From Octopus bimaculoides (taxonomy: Eukaryota): a DNA stretch of 64,000 nucleotides. This document shows, piece by piece, positions 48,728 through 61,400 of this stretch. The position numbers were made by a program, and so were the translations under genes. The stretch spans positions 652,057-716,056 of the forward strand of contig NC_068989.1 in assembly GCF_001194135.2 (NCBI RefSeq), given 5' to 3'. Numbering within the stretch: position 1 is the stretch's first letter; every line of letters begins with the position of its first letter. The notes under the pieces were generated by a model, which was given only the letters and a program-made list of their open reading frames with translations, had not been told where the DNA came from and made no database searches.

Positions 48728-49618
48728 GTAAGGAAATTTTTTATGATGTAATAACGTCTGCTTCCTTTTAATAAGAAATATAGTGTTGATGTCTCATTGC
48801 ATTTTTTCTTTACAAAAGCATAAATCAAACCCTTTTACTTCTTCTTTTCCACATTTCTCTCTCATCCTCTTTTATTTTATTTACATTGTTTTATATTGTT
48901 GGGTTTCTTCACTAAAAATAAACCAAAAAGACATAACAAAATGATAAATTAACATCTATCAAAGTATATTAATTGCTATATGTGTATATATATTATTATA
49001 GTCTAAACACACGTTCTGTTCCTTTTCTGGCGTAAATGATTTCTTTAAACATTAAACAATTTACTTCAAACCTTTCGAATTAAAAAACAAAAGGACAAGA
49101 TTTTTTTCTATTAGTTGTCAGAAACGTCTGACAACATTAATATTAAATATTTTATTATATAGATTATTATTATTATCATGCTTGTGTGTAAAACCCTGCG
49201 GCGTGGAGTTGCCGGCAAAATAAGTTTGCACCGTAGTTTCAATTCTCATTTCAAAGTAATTCACTTCGCTTTTTTTCTTACCAATAAATACACCAAAACC
49301 ACACAAACTCTTCTTCTTCTTTTTGATCCTAACAAGAAATAAAATCATTAAAATCATATAGACGATGTAATCGTGTTTAATGAGATGGTTTCCTTTCCCA
49401 TGTTATTAAATCGCCGATTGTTTAATTTTCCTCTCTAAAACATTCTCCAGTCTTGTTGTACCTTAATGCCACAAACACCATTATTATTTATTATTTTCGG
49501 CTGTATATTTAAATATAGACCGTTGCTGGCTTGAGGAGTATATCACGGTACCTATTCATTACCAACTATTTGTGATTCTTATATATTTTTTTATCGAATT
49601 CCATTATATATATGTGTA

Positions 49619-49679
<61 letters not shown>

Positions 49680-50749
49680 ATATATATAAAAACAGCGGCA
49701 GCAAAATAATGCAGTTATTTGGACGACATCTCATTGGTTTTTTATTGGTTTGCTTCGAATAAAATGACCGGGGTGACTAGAGAAATGCTGTATTTTCTAT
49801 GAAAAATAATTCAAGTGGGCGGTAGAGATTATCATAAAAGTAAGCAATTGACGAATTCAGTTCTGCAATGCGGTTTCGATTCTTGATTAAATCTTCTTCT
49901 TCAGCATCCTCCCTAATAATGTAAGGGATTTTGTGTATAAAGTTAAACCTAGTCTACAAATCATTTCCTGGTACCGTTTACATCGCTTTATGACATTAAT
50001 GCTCTTTTTCGATCAAAGCTTTTGAAATTCTTTGATTCTAGAACAGAGATGCATTTTTTTTATCCAGCGATATAGATGAATAAAATATAAAATAGTGTTC
50101 TATATGGGTATAACGGATGGATTGATAAATGGATAAGTTAAATATATTGAAATATTCGAGCTCTAGAGGTTGATAATTAGCGAACTTGTAGAATTAATAC
50201 TGGACCATAAGACTCTCTTATTTTGTGTTATAATACTTACACAAAATTGTTTTAATAACAACAGAAAAGTAATTCCATCGGCTTCTTTCTCAACTAACGT
50301 TTCATCTTCAGTATCACATTCGTCGTACTCTTCTTAAAAGATGATATTAACACCCACACACATCTACTTATATTCCCTGTATTATATAGATCTGTACACA
50401 ATATTACAAATACTGTCGCGCTAATGTATACTGAAATGTGCATAGAATTAAGAGAATTCTATAAACATCGATATGTAATCGCAGATAGTGAAGAAAGTCA
50501 CCGAGAAGAGAGGCGGACAATCCTTGGCTACGCAGTCATTCAAAGGAATTTACAGATATAATAATTGTGCACTAACATGTACTTACACATACACACAGAT
50601 AAACATGCATGCATATATATGCCATACAACTACTGGCCTTCTCACATTCTACTCTTGTGACAGAGAGATCCTTCAGTATATTAAGTACACAATGATAGTA
50701 CTAACGTTCATACAAGAAGAGGCATCCCGCCAGTTTGTTTCATTATAAC

Positions 50750-51236
50750 TTCCAGAAAAATGTATATTTTTAATGAAATTTTCTACAAATGCCTTTCAGA
50801 GTGTGTATATTACGATTATATCGGAATTTCATGTGAAAAGAAAAACAAAACTGTTCGCCTCGCACACATACATACTGGCATATATTACATATATCCACAA
50901 AATGAACTTGAAATTTCGGAAAAAAATTTAATGTGTCCGTATGGTATATGTTCGTGCTCACCATTCTTCTTTTCAGATCAAATTTCGATTTAATCGTTAT
51001 TACATACTCAGAAAGGTATTTGTCGAAAATTTCATTAAAAAATACCAATTTTTCTGAAAGTTATGAGGAAACAAAGCTGATTCGTGCGAATTTTCAGGAA
51101 CTCCTTTCTTCATCCCACGGAAAATTTTTTTCGCTACAAATTCCGATATAATCGGAAACTACACCATCTGAAGCATATTTGTTGAAATTTTTTTTTAGAA
51201 ATATACATTTTTCTGAAAGTTGGGAGGAAACAAAGT
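50750..51236. repeat. Three diverged copies of a ~92-bp unit: inverted pair (50750-50842 / 50967-51059) plus a direct third copy (~51138-51236)
   Basis: ttccagaaaaatgtatatttttaatgaaattttctacaaatgcctttcagagtgtg... versus the reverse complement tttcagaaaaattggtatttttaatgaaattttcgacaaatacctttctgagtatg...; the tail ttttctgaaagtt..gaggaaacaaag occurs twice. Confidence 0.75.
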
Positions 51237-52759
51237 CGGTGGTGGGATCACAGTTATGTGTGTGTGTGTGCCAAAGAAGAAATTCCTGAAATATATTTGA
51301 AGGAGACGCAATTTAAAATTACTATTCACGACTTTTTTCATTCTCCTTTCGGCCTCTTTGACTAAATTCTTTTATTAGATTGTAATAAAGACTTTAATTT
51401 TACAAATGATCACACATGAAAAGACGATGACTAACGAAATCATCGAAAGTTTACACCTGCCTAAGCACCAGGTTTCTCTCCAGGGTAATTATTGGATAAG
51501 CTTGAGCTGCTTTTCATTTCCCTTCACCTGTTTTCAGGTAATAGTGCGTCATACACAGTATAAACTGTGACGGTGTGTTACGCTCTGGAGAAGCTCGCTC
51601 AGTCTGAGAGACAGGCATATCAATGTTGATATTTGACTGCGCAGAAGTAACTACAAAATCATCTCCAAATTACATTTCTTCCATCTTAAGGAAGAATAAC
51701 TAAGTCTGAAAATAAAAAGGTGAGATGGTCATTGTGAGAACACAAGGCCTGCTTGATTGGGGATGACTCTTGGAATTCAACAAAGCTGACTTCTATGACA
51801 GTTCCAGGTCAGCTTTGACCCAGCATACCTATAATCAAAGAGGTTTAAGATTTTTTTTTTTTAATGTTGCTGTATAACGCAAATTGGATATGTATGTATA
51901 ATGCTTTTACAAGAGTGATGACAGTGGTTTCACCTGCTAGCCTTTATCGTACAATCATCATCCTATGTCTGTTTTCCATGCTGGTATGGGTTAGATGGTT
52001 TGACTGGATTTGAGGAGCCCAGGGCTGCATTGTGCTCCATTTCTGCTGTGACCTGGTTTCTATGGCTGGATGCTCTTCCTAATGTCAGCCACTTTACAGT
52101 GTGTATTGGGTGCTTTTATGTGGCACCAATACTAGTGGGGTTGCCAAGTAACTTGCAAGACAGGAAAGGACAAAAGAGGAGGAGATGGAGAAAAAGGGAA
52201 GAACGGGAAAAGCTCTCTTCACTAAGTGGTGTTGGTGATGGTGAGATATTTGAGAGGGGATTCTTGTGCCAGGAGCCTTGCTGAAACATAGCTATCCCAC
52301 ATTTATATAAGGGTGGTTAGGAGTATCTGGGTAAGATGGTAGTGATGGAGTGCCAGAGCAAGAAATCATATGGGCAGTAAATCAGGAGGGAAACAGTTTA
52401 TAAAAGTGTGAGAGGGAGTGTGGAGTACCAGATGGTCAGAGGAGAGTGAAGAACAGGAGGTGCTGCTTGAAGGGAAATATAAATATATGGAGTAAGGTGT
52501 AGGGTCGGCATGACATAGTCCTTCATGTTATATATTCTCCAATTTCAGTAACCTTTCATTTAATTTCTGTGCATTTTTTTTTTGTACTCCATATTGAGGA
52601 CAAGTATGCCTTCATTATTCCAAATACATTTCTCACCAACATCTTGGTTGTCTCTCAGTCCTGAACACTTTATGCCTCTGATCTTCACATTGTGGGACAT
52701 ATGTAAAAATCTTTTCCTTTCTGCCTCACCCTTAGTTAAATGTACCTGTTGCCTAGACC

Positions 52760-53730
52760 TCCTAGCTGTTAGCTAATGACCTCTACTACCTTCCTTCCAG
52801 ACTTTCCAAGCCTGCCTCTTAGCGTTTACTGCCCTATCAATTTTATCCTTCTCATACCATGTTACTTTTGGCTGGGCCGACCTGTTACCCTAAGCAGGTT
52901 AGTTCATAGAAATTCCTAGTTATCATCTTTGCCACAGGAATCTAAAGTTGTCTTCCTACAGACATATGCGTGAATTAGAATTTCTCTGAATCTAGTCCCA
53001 GTTATAGGATCTTTTAGTTTCCATGTCTTCCTTCACATTCTGTTTCTGTGTAGCTCTGACTCTGAAGCCACCATCCACCAACCTATGTTGCATCATGCAT
53101 TCTTTACCAGGAAAAGTTCCTGTACTCACAACAGCCTCTCTATCCCGTTTCCTTCCGGGAATGTAATCTGTCTGACTTTGGCTTCTGTATTTCCCAGATT
53201 GGTAGGTGATGAGGTAGTTGGTGCCTTTCTTGAAGTATGTCTTGCAAATTGTTAGATCCCATGTATCACAGAACTCTAAGAGTCCTTCATCCTTTTCATT
53301 TCTTGAATCATACCCATAGTCTCTATATATGTCATGTAAGTTGTCGTTGTGTTGGCCCCAGCTGGAATCACCAGTCACGATAATGAAGTTGCTATCAGCC
53401 ATCATTGAGTTTGTCTGCAGAAGAGTCTCATAGAAGGGGCTCTTCTGTCAATCCTGCTTGTGGGACATTGCCAAAATGTTGTCTCAGTTACTTTTCTCTC
53501 CATTTCTCACCTAACAGTATGCCTACCCCATCCCTCTTGTCACTATTTCCCAGAATTTGTCCTGCTGTCCCTTGCTTGAGGTTCCTTTCCATCTTGCCTC
53601 TTACATCCGCTCATCTTCACTCTAGCATCTCCACAATCTCATAAGACCTACTCCAAAGATTCCAAACGTCACTAAGAGTACCATTGTTATGTGTATTCAC
53701 TATGACTTTTATTAATGTTACTGGCAGGGA
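52760..53730 (-). mobile_element. RTE LINE apurinic-endonuclease (5') fragment, degenerate
   Basis: RSYEIVEMLE, FIIVTGD, RNEKDEGLLEFC..LTICKTYFKK..LITYQSG..SQTDYI..RKRD..PGKEC..QHRLV (APE motifs). Confidence 0.85.
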
Positions 53731-55209
53731 GTTGATGTAGGGGTAGTTGTATCCAGTGTATGGGATGAATGAGCTGCAAGGGATACAGAACACAGTCACA
53801 GAGTGTGGGTGATAGGCTTGTTACTGATAAGGAAAACTTTTAGTACACATGGTGGCAGTGGGTAAGGGCGGCCACAGTGAGAACCTTCAAGCCCCAAGGG
53901 GATGACAGAGGCATTGGCTTAACATAATATTATGAGAAAAGAAATTGTGATTCCACAGTATTTCTGTGTGGTCCTTGTATAACTGACCGGAGTGGGAATC
54001 GTCATCATCATCATTTAACGTCTGCTTTCTATGCTGGCATGGGTTGGATGGTTTGACTGAGGACTGGCAAGCCAGGACGCTGCACCAGGCTCCAATCTGA
54101 CAAGGTTTCTACAGCTTGATGTAGTGTAGTGGATGCTTACACGAGGGCCAGTCAGGTGGCACTGGCATCAACCATGCTTGAATGGAACTTTTTATGTGCC
54201 ACCGGCATCAACCTCGCTCGAATGGTACTTTTTATGTGCCACTGGCAACGACCACACTCAAATGGTGCTTTTTATATACCACTGGCATGGGATCAGTCAG
54301 GCAGCACTGGCATCGACCACACTGTCACCAGATTTAAGAACAGCCAATATATTGTTACAGCATGTAAAATTTATCATTTGTTGAATCCTGAACAAAAAAA
54401 CAAGCAAGAAATAACACCAGTAAACAGTTTATTCTTTTTCAAAATTTGCCTTTACATTTCAATTAGAAGGAATTACTGTTTTAACAATTAAAAAATCTAA
54501 ACAGTTTATGTACTACCTGCAAAGAGACGTATATTTACAATGCTTGGATCATATTATTGAATGAAATAAACAGCCCTGAAGTTCATGTTTAAAGTTTATT
54601 TTCAATTATTTCATGAAACTACAAAATGGTAGAAACTAAGCAAGAAAGATTGCAGGTGACTTGCATTTTATTTAGTTATTCATTTGATTTTGATTAGCTG
54701 AAATAACAAGTTGCATGTTAGTGGCAAATGTTTTACTTCAATAAACACTTTGTTGTGAATTGCATTAATGACCTTAAACAAGGTACTCGGTCCAGGATAA
54801 TGAAAGCATTCTTTGGTCATAATTGTTGCCTATAATTGGCAACATATCAATGGCAGTGCCAACAAGATTTGGAGAATTAATACTGCCTGATCAATTTGAT
54901 TGAATCCTAGTTAAGATATCTTTCAGTTAGTGCCAGAACACACACACACACACACACACACAAAACAAAAAAAACTCAACAATTGCATTGATAGTAAAGA
55001 AATAACTGGTTTGTCCATCTGTAAATCAGAGGTTAAGACTATTAAGTCTCTGTAATGGTCCACCCTAAAGTGTTGGAGAAAATGAACTCTGTAGAAATAG
55101 TAGAAACCACAATGTCCTCAATAAAATTGAAGAAACAGTCATTGCCAAAAGGACATGCTTTCTGACTCTGAAGCAAATGTTATCAAGAACCAATAGATCA
55201 ATGTTATGA

Positions 55210-55420
55210 AGGTTTGAAAGATGGTCAGCTGGCATCAGCTTGCCAGGCAGAATACTTAGCACCATTTTGTCCATCCTGAGTTCAAATTCCATTGAGGTTG
55301 ACTTTGCTTTTCAGGATAGATAAAATAAAGAACCAGTCAAGCATTGGGGTTGATGTAATCAACTTACCCACTTCCTGAGAATTGCTGGCCTTGTGACAAA
55401 ATTTGAAACCAATATTATGA
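55210..55420 (+). mobile_element. SINE family A copy
   Basis: ctgagttcaaattccattgaggttgactttgc...ggggttgatgtaatcaacttacc..attgctggccttgtgacaaaatttgaaacc. Confidence 0.7.
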
Positions 55421-56610
55421 GTTTGAGTGATTATGTGCGTATTTTCTGTGTGTTTGCGCATGATTGTTATCATTTAACCCCATGTCAGCCCTGATTGAAG
55501 TATGATCAAAGTAATTCTAACCATGGCCATCCACCCTGCATTTGTAGTACCACATTATTCAATGTGCTACCTTTTAAATTAAGGTTGGGTCTAATTTAAA
55601 GGAGAGTTGGCTGCTACTTCTAGCAGTTCGAGAGACCGAATAGAAATATCCTTGACGTGTGTTCAAGTATTTTTTTTTTTTGTGTGCGTCAATGTACAGG
55701 GTAACCTTTTTTGTGTCTGTGTATGTAGGGGTACATGTGCTTCAAAAGAAAAGAAAAAAAATTGGAATCTGACTTTTTTCTTTTTTAGTACAACATATTT
55801 CATTTCTCAAAACATTTTTTCTGTTGACCAGTTTAGTGGCCATGGAAAATTGTTTTGATATCGATACTGTGCTGTGGCCAGTCTTTTTTAGGGTTTGTTG
55901 TTTAAAACAGAAGGGTGCAACTGCAGCATTGTTTATATTTTTGCTGCTGTTTATGTAAATAAGATGCCATTTCTATTTGCAAAAGTCATTTTCATGCATG
56001 AAGTTTACCAGTTTTTCTTTCAAATCATCAAAGACCACTAGTTCCTTGTTCTCCACCACCACTAGTTGTTATTGATGTATCGATTTACTACCTGCTGTAA
56101 ATATCCGACTATGTACAGGTATGGAATCTCCTTGAAAATTTATCATCATCGTTTAATGTCTATTTTCCATGCTGGAATTGGTTGGACTGTTTGACATGAG
56201 CTGGCAAGGCCAGTAGTCTCACCAGGTTGCAGAGTCTGTTTTGGCATGGTTTCTACAGCTGGATGCCCTTCCTAAAAACAGTTGCTTTATAGAGTGTACT
56301 GGGTGCTTTTTACATGGCACCATTGCTGACAGTCACCAAGTACCTCGCAAGACAAAATCCTCTCAACAGGGAAGGGGAGTAATTATCATTTTGATAAAAT
56401 TGTAAATAATGATCCAACCTAGCCATAGGACAGTTGTTTATAAGTATCAAACCTTTTATATGAGATGTCTAGAAAGGTTTCCTTGAACAAGTACCAGAGA
56501 GAAAAGCAGACCCGTGATTCAATGTTACATAAAATAAAATTGGTCATGGGTCAATAATTTGTTCTGACAATTGGTGTTGTATGATGAAGCAGAAATACTA
56601 CTATAAGGTA

Positions 56611-56870
56611 GTGCCGGTGGCATGTGAAAAGCACCATCCAAATGTGGCCGATGACAGTACCCACTGACTGGCTCCTGTGCCGGTGGCACGTAAAAGGCAC
56701 TATCCAAATGTGATCAATGCTGGGCCCGCCTGACTGGCTCCTGTGCTGGTGGCACATAAAAAGCACTCACTTCACTCTCGGAGTGATTGGCATTAGGAAG
56801 GGCATCCAACTGTAGAAACATTGCCAGATCAGATTGGAGCCTGGTGCAGCTGCTGGCTCTCCAAACCTCA
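56611..56870 (+). mobile_element. SINE family D copy with internal 66-bp tandem units
   Basis: Units start at 56611, 56677 and 56743, then tggcattaggaagggcatccaactgtagaaac. Confidence 0.8.
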
Positions 56871-57874
56871 GTAATGATGGTTGTATTTGACCAGTATTTT
56901 GTTAAACCATGGCAGGAATTTCTTCGATCTTGCTGTCATACAAAGAGATTGAGTCCTTTTGATCTTGTTCCAAGAAAAATTGAAATTAATGAATTTAAAG
57001 AACTTTTCAATGATTACTTGAAAACCATTTGAATGGAGATGCCCCATGTATATGCATGGTGGTGCTTGAACATTTGAAACAATTATGATTGCTCTTCATT
57101 AGCAATAATTATCTGAAATTAATTTTGTGATTTTGCTTCTTCTATAAAATTATTTTGATTTGTTGTCAGTTATGGTCAAGCATTGACCCACATTTTTCCA
57201 CTTTGCTTAAAACTATTGCTAAAAGCTGTATTGTCTTTAGTTTAAAATTCTTTTTGCTGAATCATTATTATTTTGATATGATTTAGTTCTGAAAAGAAGG
57301 CTCAAATTTGTGTGAATGATTTATCAATTCTAGAATGAGCAAAATTTGAAGCCATAAAAACTATTGATTGAATAATTTTTCTTGTTCTTACCTTCTGATG
57401 GAGCCTCTATGCAGTGTTCATGTCTACAAATATTTATCTGTGTTGTCCATCTGCCTAGAATTTTCTTTCATGTTTACATAGCTGCAAGCTGTCACATCCA
57501 CTCATGGCCTTTTCCCCTTTCTGTCTTCAACTTTCTCTCTCCCACATATCTCTGTCTCTGAACAACATGTTCACATTTAAACTCATTCCTACGATATATA
57601 TTTATCTAATCTCCACCCTCTCCATATCTTTTTTAGGTCCTCCTCCTCCACCACCTCTCTGTGTTTCATTACCTTTCTTTCTGTATGTCTTACTTTTTTG
57701 ATTTCTCTCTTTGAATTCTGGGACATGTTTTATTGATCTTGATTTAATTGAAATTTTAGAAATTACATATGTTACATATGGAAAAAGAATATGATATATT
57801 GTCAATCAATTGATACAATATCAGTAGATTGCTGCTACATTTTTGTTGTCTTTAAATTAAATAATGTTTCAACT

Positions 57875-57919
<45 letters not shown>

Positions 57920-58408
57920 TCTTGATATTATCATCATTTAATACCTATTTTCCATGCTGGCATGGGTTGGATGGTTTGACAAGAGCTGGCAAACCAGAGG
58001 GCTGTGCCAAGCTCTCTTGTCTGTTTTGGTGTGGTCTCTATTGCTGGATGCCCTTCCTAATACCAACCAATTTACAGAGTGTACTGGGTGCTTTTTTTTT
58101 TTTTTTTTTCGTGGAACCGACACCAATTGGATTACCAAGAAAACTGCAAGACAAGACAGTCCCCTCGATTGGAGGGAATAGTATTGAGGAAGTGGAGTTG
58201 TGCCAGTGGTAAGAGGTTAAAAGAATACTGGAGAGGTAGAACAAGGTGCCTTGCTGTAGAAGAGACACAAGGATACTCTAATTGGAGAAGGGGGACAAAG
58301 CTGGGTGAATAAGCATTAAATGGAAGGTAGAAGAAAAAAGCAGAAAACAGGAAGAATGGATGAAATCGTATCACAAATGATAAAAGATCAAATCAAGTGT
58401 TGATATGT

Positions 58409-58447
<39 letters not shown>

Positions 58448-61400
58448 ATGTGTACAGAGAGAGAGAGAGAGAGAGACATCGGTTTTGGCAACTGAGTGGA
58501 ATATGCTTTATTAAAGCTAAGACATTGTCCATTACTTTCACCATTCCAGCTTGAAGATTAACTTTCGTCATTCATATCCTTTACTTCCTAAAGTTTCAGT
58601 TAGTTGATTTTATTGGAGTCCTCATCATTACCTGGATGTTTTCAAGCTTTTAAACACTACTAAAAGGGAGTTTCTATCTACTAACTGCACGGATGATCAA
58701 AACTCTTCAGTTTTCTCAGTTACACATATGAGACCCAGCTGTGTTGATAGAAACTGTTAACCTGTTCTGATGTTTAACAGGACTGCTTAGCACTTTGACT
58801 TCTTCCACAATTTCTACTTAACCTACCTTATCTGTAAAATCTCATTTCCTATCTGTCATTTATTTCCTTTTCTCATGAAACAGGTACACCTGGCATTTTT
58901 TATCAATTTTACCTTTTCTCATTGCCAGTTGCTCCTGCTACTTGTTCAAAAATATTTAAATATTTAAAGTCATTGAACATTTTAAATTGTTTTAAAATGT
59001 CTGTTGACCATGTCGAAACATGACTGTAGACTTTGATTTTTAGATGATAAAGTTCATTATCAATGTTTTAATGTTTGTCCACTCTTTGCATAGCTCAGTT
59101 TTATAAATATATCAACACTTGATTTGGTCTTTTATCATTTTGATAGGATTTTATCCATTCTTCCTGTGTTTTCTGCTCTTTTTTTTCTTCTACCTTCCAT
59201 TTAATGTTTATTCACCCAGCTTTGTTTTTCCTCATTACTTTCTCATACCATACACACTCATCTCTCCTGTATGCATAAAAGGATGCATTTATTGTCCGGC
59301 TTTTTTCAAAGTTCAAGCCTCTTTCTAATGCATATCATGTCTGCTTCATTTCTCTCTAATTTTTGCAAATTTTTCACATTCAATATCCATTCCTTTATTT
59401 CATACTGTCTTCTTTACACAGGAGAGAGAGAGAGAAATCCTTTGCAAACATAGACAATAAGCCTTTAAGTGTCTTGCAGTCTTTTAATCTTGCTACTGTA
59501 CTCTTACTGCAACTACTCCAGGGTTATCTTCATAAGTTATCAACTGAGGTGTATGAAAAGTTGATACATATGACTACTACCTTTGCAGACCAGCAGGGGT
59601 TCTTGGACCACAGGCTGGGGACCACTGTCCTACAGTATTTAGTGGTGGTTCAAATATAATTGTTATTGACAGAGATCCTCATCATCATCATTGATGTCAG
59701 TTGTGTCCTGGAGAAGATCATCTCTCAAACATTTAAGCATCATCATCATCCTCTCTCAACTATAACTTGCATGTGCCATTTATCCCATTCCATTCCAGGC
59801 TTTTGTACATGTTTCTGGAACGACACTCATGATTCCTACATCAATGACTCATAGACAACTCCTGTTATTCCTGACAATGTTTGACAAGCTGCTGCAGTCT
59901 TCTTCTTCTTCTTCTCATTGCTCGGTAAGGCGGGGAGCATGTTTACAGTTGCTCATTGGTCATTTTCTGTATTAATTTGACATTGGAAACCATGCAGAGT
60001 ATCTGAGTGTATTAGCCGTTGAGGGACATGGTCATGGATTTAGTAAGGACCTGCCAAGGAGGATTGTCTCCACTGCTGTTTCCCTTTTTTTTTGTTTCTT
60101 TTGGTTTTGAGGTCACATCTCACCAGTGTTAGCTTCCATTCTTCTCTGACCAATAAAAATAATAATACCAGTAATTAGCTTTACGACTGCATTTCAGAAG
60201 TTGGTTGGTTGGTTTGTTGTAAATAATCATCCTCGACTTTATCATATGATTTCTTTTTAAATGCTGACAAAGATTAATTCTGTAAGATGAATGCAGATGT
60301 TGACAGAGATTAACAACCTTCATATTCATCTTGAGTTGTCTGGTAAACTTATAATAACTGTAAGAACAAGGAAATATGTGAACAAGGCAGTCTATGTAAA
60401 TATTTTCCTTGAAATGAATTGAATGGAGGTCACAGAAACTAAATTCTTCATTGTTAATTCTTGTAAGGAAATAGCCATAGAGTGTAACAACCTTGACATG
60501 GCAGTAAAAAGAAATTAATGTACTGGAATTGTTGTCTAATTCAACAATTATTGAATTGTCGACACATTATCAAAGGCATTCCAACCATGACCATCAGTTT
60601 TAAAGGAATAATCATTATTAGATTATCTGTGACCTTTTTGGTGTTTGAAGGAGATTTGGCTACTATTTCTTGCAGGTCACCTGACCTTATTGGTTTGTTA
60701 CGGAGTTTAATGATTGATGCAGTTGGCTTTCTTTCTTCCCTTTTCACTTAATAAGTTATATATTGAATTTCTTTCAATCAGATATATTCCATCTTGTGCA
60801 TTTTAAGATAAATTTCAGTCATCCAGTATGTCCTTCATTTTTAGGATGGTAGCATATGCTTTAAATGAGATTTGGCAGCTGTTTCTAGCAGCTATAATCA
60901 TATTATTTTTTTAAATAGCATATCTCAAGTTACATTATCCAATGTGTCCCATCATTTTAAAGATGGTACGATGATTTTGGAAGATTTTGACTACTATTTG
61001 TTGCAGGTCAAACAACCACTTTGTGGCTCCTTTCTAAGAATTATTTTGCAGTTAATATGTTACCTTTATAAACTGGTCTGTCTATCCAACAGGATACATA
61101 TCCTAAGGAAAGTAGAGGCTGAAAGCGAATACTAAGGGGAGAACCCAAAAGGATTTGACTGTCAGTGGTCAAGCAGGAAAAGGGTGGGTGAATGGAGAAA
61201 CTGGGAGGGAGAGAAGGGTAGAAAAAGGTAGAGTGAGGGAAGACAAAACGTAATGAGGAGAGAAAGTTAGGGAGGGACAGAGGAGAAGGGAAAATAGTTG
61301 ATGGAGAAGGACAGAAGAAAGAAATGGAAGCAATGTGAAGAAAAACAGAAATGCAAATAGATAGAAAGGATTAGAGAGAGAGAGAGAGAGAGAGAAAAGG

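Noticed and set aside
56787-57032. 81-aa ORF with a protein-like 3' half
   Set aside because: Starts inside a SINE, has no convincing splice sites and no recognisable domain.
59799-59925. Candidate plus-strand exon (cattccAG ... TCG|GTAAGG)
   Set aside because: The peptide is low-complexity and unrecognisable, with no linked exon to support it.
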